From Bacteriovoracaceae bacterium (GTDB lineage: Bacteria > Bdellovibrionota > Bacteriovoracia > Bacteriovoracales > Bacteriovoracaceae), in the NCBI GenBank assembly GCA_049599895.1, contig JBMYPC010000060.1, positions 1 to 18,074 on the forward strand: a DNA stretch of 18,074 nt. The letters are read 5' to 3'. Every line of letters begins with the position of its first letter. The stretch's first letter is position 1. The notes below the pieces were generated by a model. That model worked only from the letters and a program-made list of their open reading frames with translations. It was not told the DNA's origin and did not search any database. Made by a program: the position numbers and the translations under genes. Below, one piece after another: positions 16,787 through 18,074 of this stretch.

Positions 16787-16810
16787 AGATATACCGGTGA
16801 GCGTATATCT
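16787..16810. repeat. Inverted repeat AGATATAC-N8-GTATATCT in the predicted 5' UTR
   Basis: Perfect 8-bp arms at 16787-16794 and 16803-16810. Confidence 0.65.
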
Positions 16811-16844
16811 TTCATAAGTTTTAAGTGGGTTTAAGGATCCATAT

Positions 16845-18005
16845 TTGAAAATGTATTGGAGTCAAAAAATGTCTTTCCTTACTCTTGGTAAAGCAAAAGT
16901 TTTTCTTACGTCGTTAGTATTTACTTCTCTTCTTCTTCCAGGCTTAGCTGGAGCTTCTGCATTTAAAGCAGCAGGAGAAGGAGCAAAGCTTTTATTCGAT
17001 TCAACGAATATTGGTAAAGCAGCTAAAGATGTATTCGGTTTAGCAGGTGATGATGTTAAAGCTCACGCACGAAACATGAAGGCCATTGGAACAATTCTGA
17101 TCAAGAACCAAAATGATAGCTCTAATAAAAATGACATCATTGCAGCTCTTGAATATCTGATGAAAAATATTTCTGAAAATGACTTAAAATATACAGGTGA
17201 TGAAGCAAAATTTAAGGAACTCCAAGAGCTTTTCTACTCAGAGAAGTCTCTTAATAAAGCGCAATTATCGAGACTTATGGATCTAACGGCTCACTTTGCT
17301 CAAAACTACACAAAAGTGAACGCAGGTTATTTTCCAAACTGCAGTGTTTGTGCGAGTTCACATTTTAAAGCTTATAAATACGGTTATCTCGACATTCAAA
17401 AATGGCCAGCATCTTTTAAAGACTCACTTAAAAGTGCCAATGAAAAAACTCTTCCGGAGCAAATGAGAGAAATTGAGACGTTTATGAAGGACCAAGGTCT
17501 TGAGAACTTCAGCTTTCAAACCAGTGAACTTTTTAGAAATAATAGTCAAAGAGTTTTCAGTTTCTATGTTGCTATGACTCTTCATCAAAAAACACTTGTT
17601 AAAGGTGCTGACCTCAGTAACGCTTCTGAGGTTCTTTATGCATCAAAAGTTTTTAAAGAAATCTTGGCAATCAATAATGTTGTTAACAAGCAAGCAGGTA
17701 AAGCAGATTTTTTCCATGGATTCAGTGCTGAAACAATGGTTCATAATTACATGGAATCACTTGCAAAAGCTGCGAGTGACAAAGTCGAAGAAACTCCACA
17801 AGAACTCCTTGAATCACTTAATCGTTCATTAAGTACTCTAAGAAAGAAAATGGAAGCAAACCCAGTAGGTTATGCAACTCCTACTAACGTAAGAAATGGA
17901 TTTAAAGAGACTCTTATTGAACTTTCTGATGATGGAAGTGGTACGAGAAAGCTTACTCCGGAAAAAGCTGACGATCTTCTTAATAAGTGTCGTTTTTTCG
18001 ATTAG
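16845..18005 (+). CDS. Exported hypothetical protein, helical, with CxxC and a C-terminal Cys
   Basis: AAGGA SD 7 nt before TTG 16845 (ATG 16851 and 16869 are alternatives); hydrophobic leader VFLTSLVFTSLLLPGLAGA; CSVC motif; ends KCRFFD. Confidence 0.8.
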   Translation: MKMYWSQKMSFLTLGKAKVFLTSLVFTSLLLPGLAGASAFKAAGEGAKLLFDSTNIGKAAKDVFGLAGDDVKAHARNMKAIGTILIKNQNDSSNKNDIIAALEYLMKNISENDLKYTGDEAKFKELQELFYSEKSLNKAQLSRLMDLTAHFAQNYTKVNAGYFPNCSVCASSHFKAYKYGYLDIQKWPASFKDSLKSANEKTLPEQMREIETFMKDQGLENFSFQTSELFRNNSQRVFSFYVAMTLHQKTLVKGADLSNASEVLYASKVFKEILAINNVVNKQAGKADFFHGFSAETMVHNYMESLAKAASDKVEETPQELLESLNRSLSTLRKKMEANPVGYATPTNVRNGFKETLIELSDDGSGTRKLTPEKADDLLNKCRFFD

Positions 18006-18074
18006 AATTTTTTCAATTTAAAAGAGATCAGGCGCCCCTGGGTTAGCTTTAGATAATGCAAGTCTAAGAACACC

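Noticed and set aside
426..17832. Short alternative-frame and antisense ORFs in the track (e.g. 426-707, 1858-2130, 3422-3784, 5991-6326, 9816-10145, 12605-12973, 17596-17832)
   Set aside because: All overlap longer, better-supported genes and show no recognisable motifs; consistent with shadow ORFs.
18018..18074. Possible 3' end of a convergent minus-strand gene (GVLRLALSKANPGAPDLF*)
   Set aside because: Two minus-strand frames are open and the stretch is too short to choose or assign.
1..18074. CRISPR arrays, tRNA/rRNA, transposases, integrases, phage or anti-phage defence genes
   Set aside because: No periodic repeat-spacer structure or diagnostic motifs seen; intergenic gaps are all under about 200 bp.

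Overview
AT-rich, gene-dense bacterial chromosomal segment with no mobile elements, CRISPR arrays or RNA genes that I can recognise. A Bdellovibrionota origin (Bacteriovoracaceae/Halobacteriovoraceae-like predator) is inferred from the many exported orphan proteins, the REC-HD-GYP architecture and the FliA-type promoters; this is not proven. The left half holds a probable S41 peptidase 3' end, exported MsrAB, two outer-membrane beta-barrel candidates, a surface lipoprotein, a CPD photolyase, a DUF3445/HDOD-like protein, a signal-peptide-bearing small heat-shock protein, a Cys-repeat lipoprotein and an exported hypothetical. The right half holds a REC-HD-GYP gene abutting a kinase-dead histidine-kinase-like gene, a secreted EEP (DNase I-fold) enzyme, and a 1359-aa exported orphan divergent from a 386-aa exported orphan. 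Most notable: back-to-back sigma28-type promoters at the divergent orphan pair, the degenerate HD-GYP/pseudo-kinase pair, the exported sHSP, and three genes with leaderless promoter geometry.
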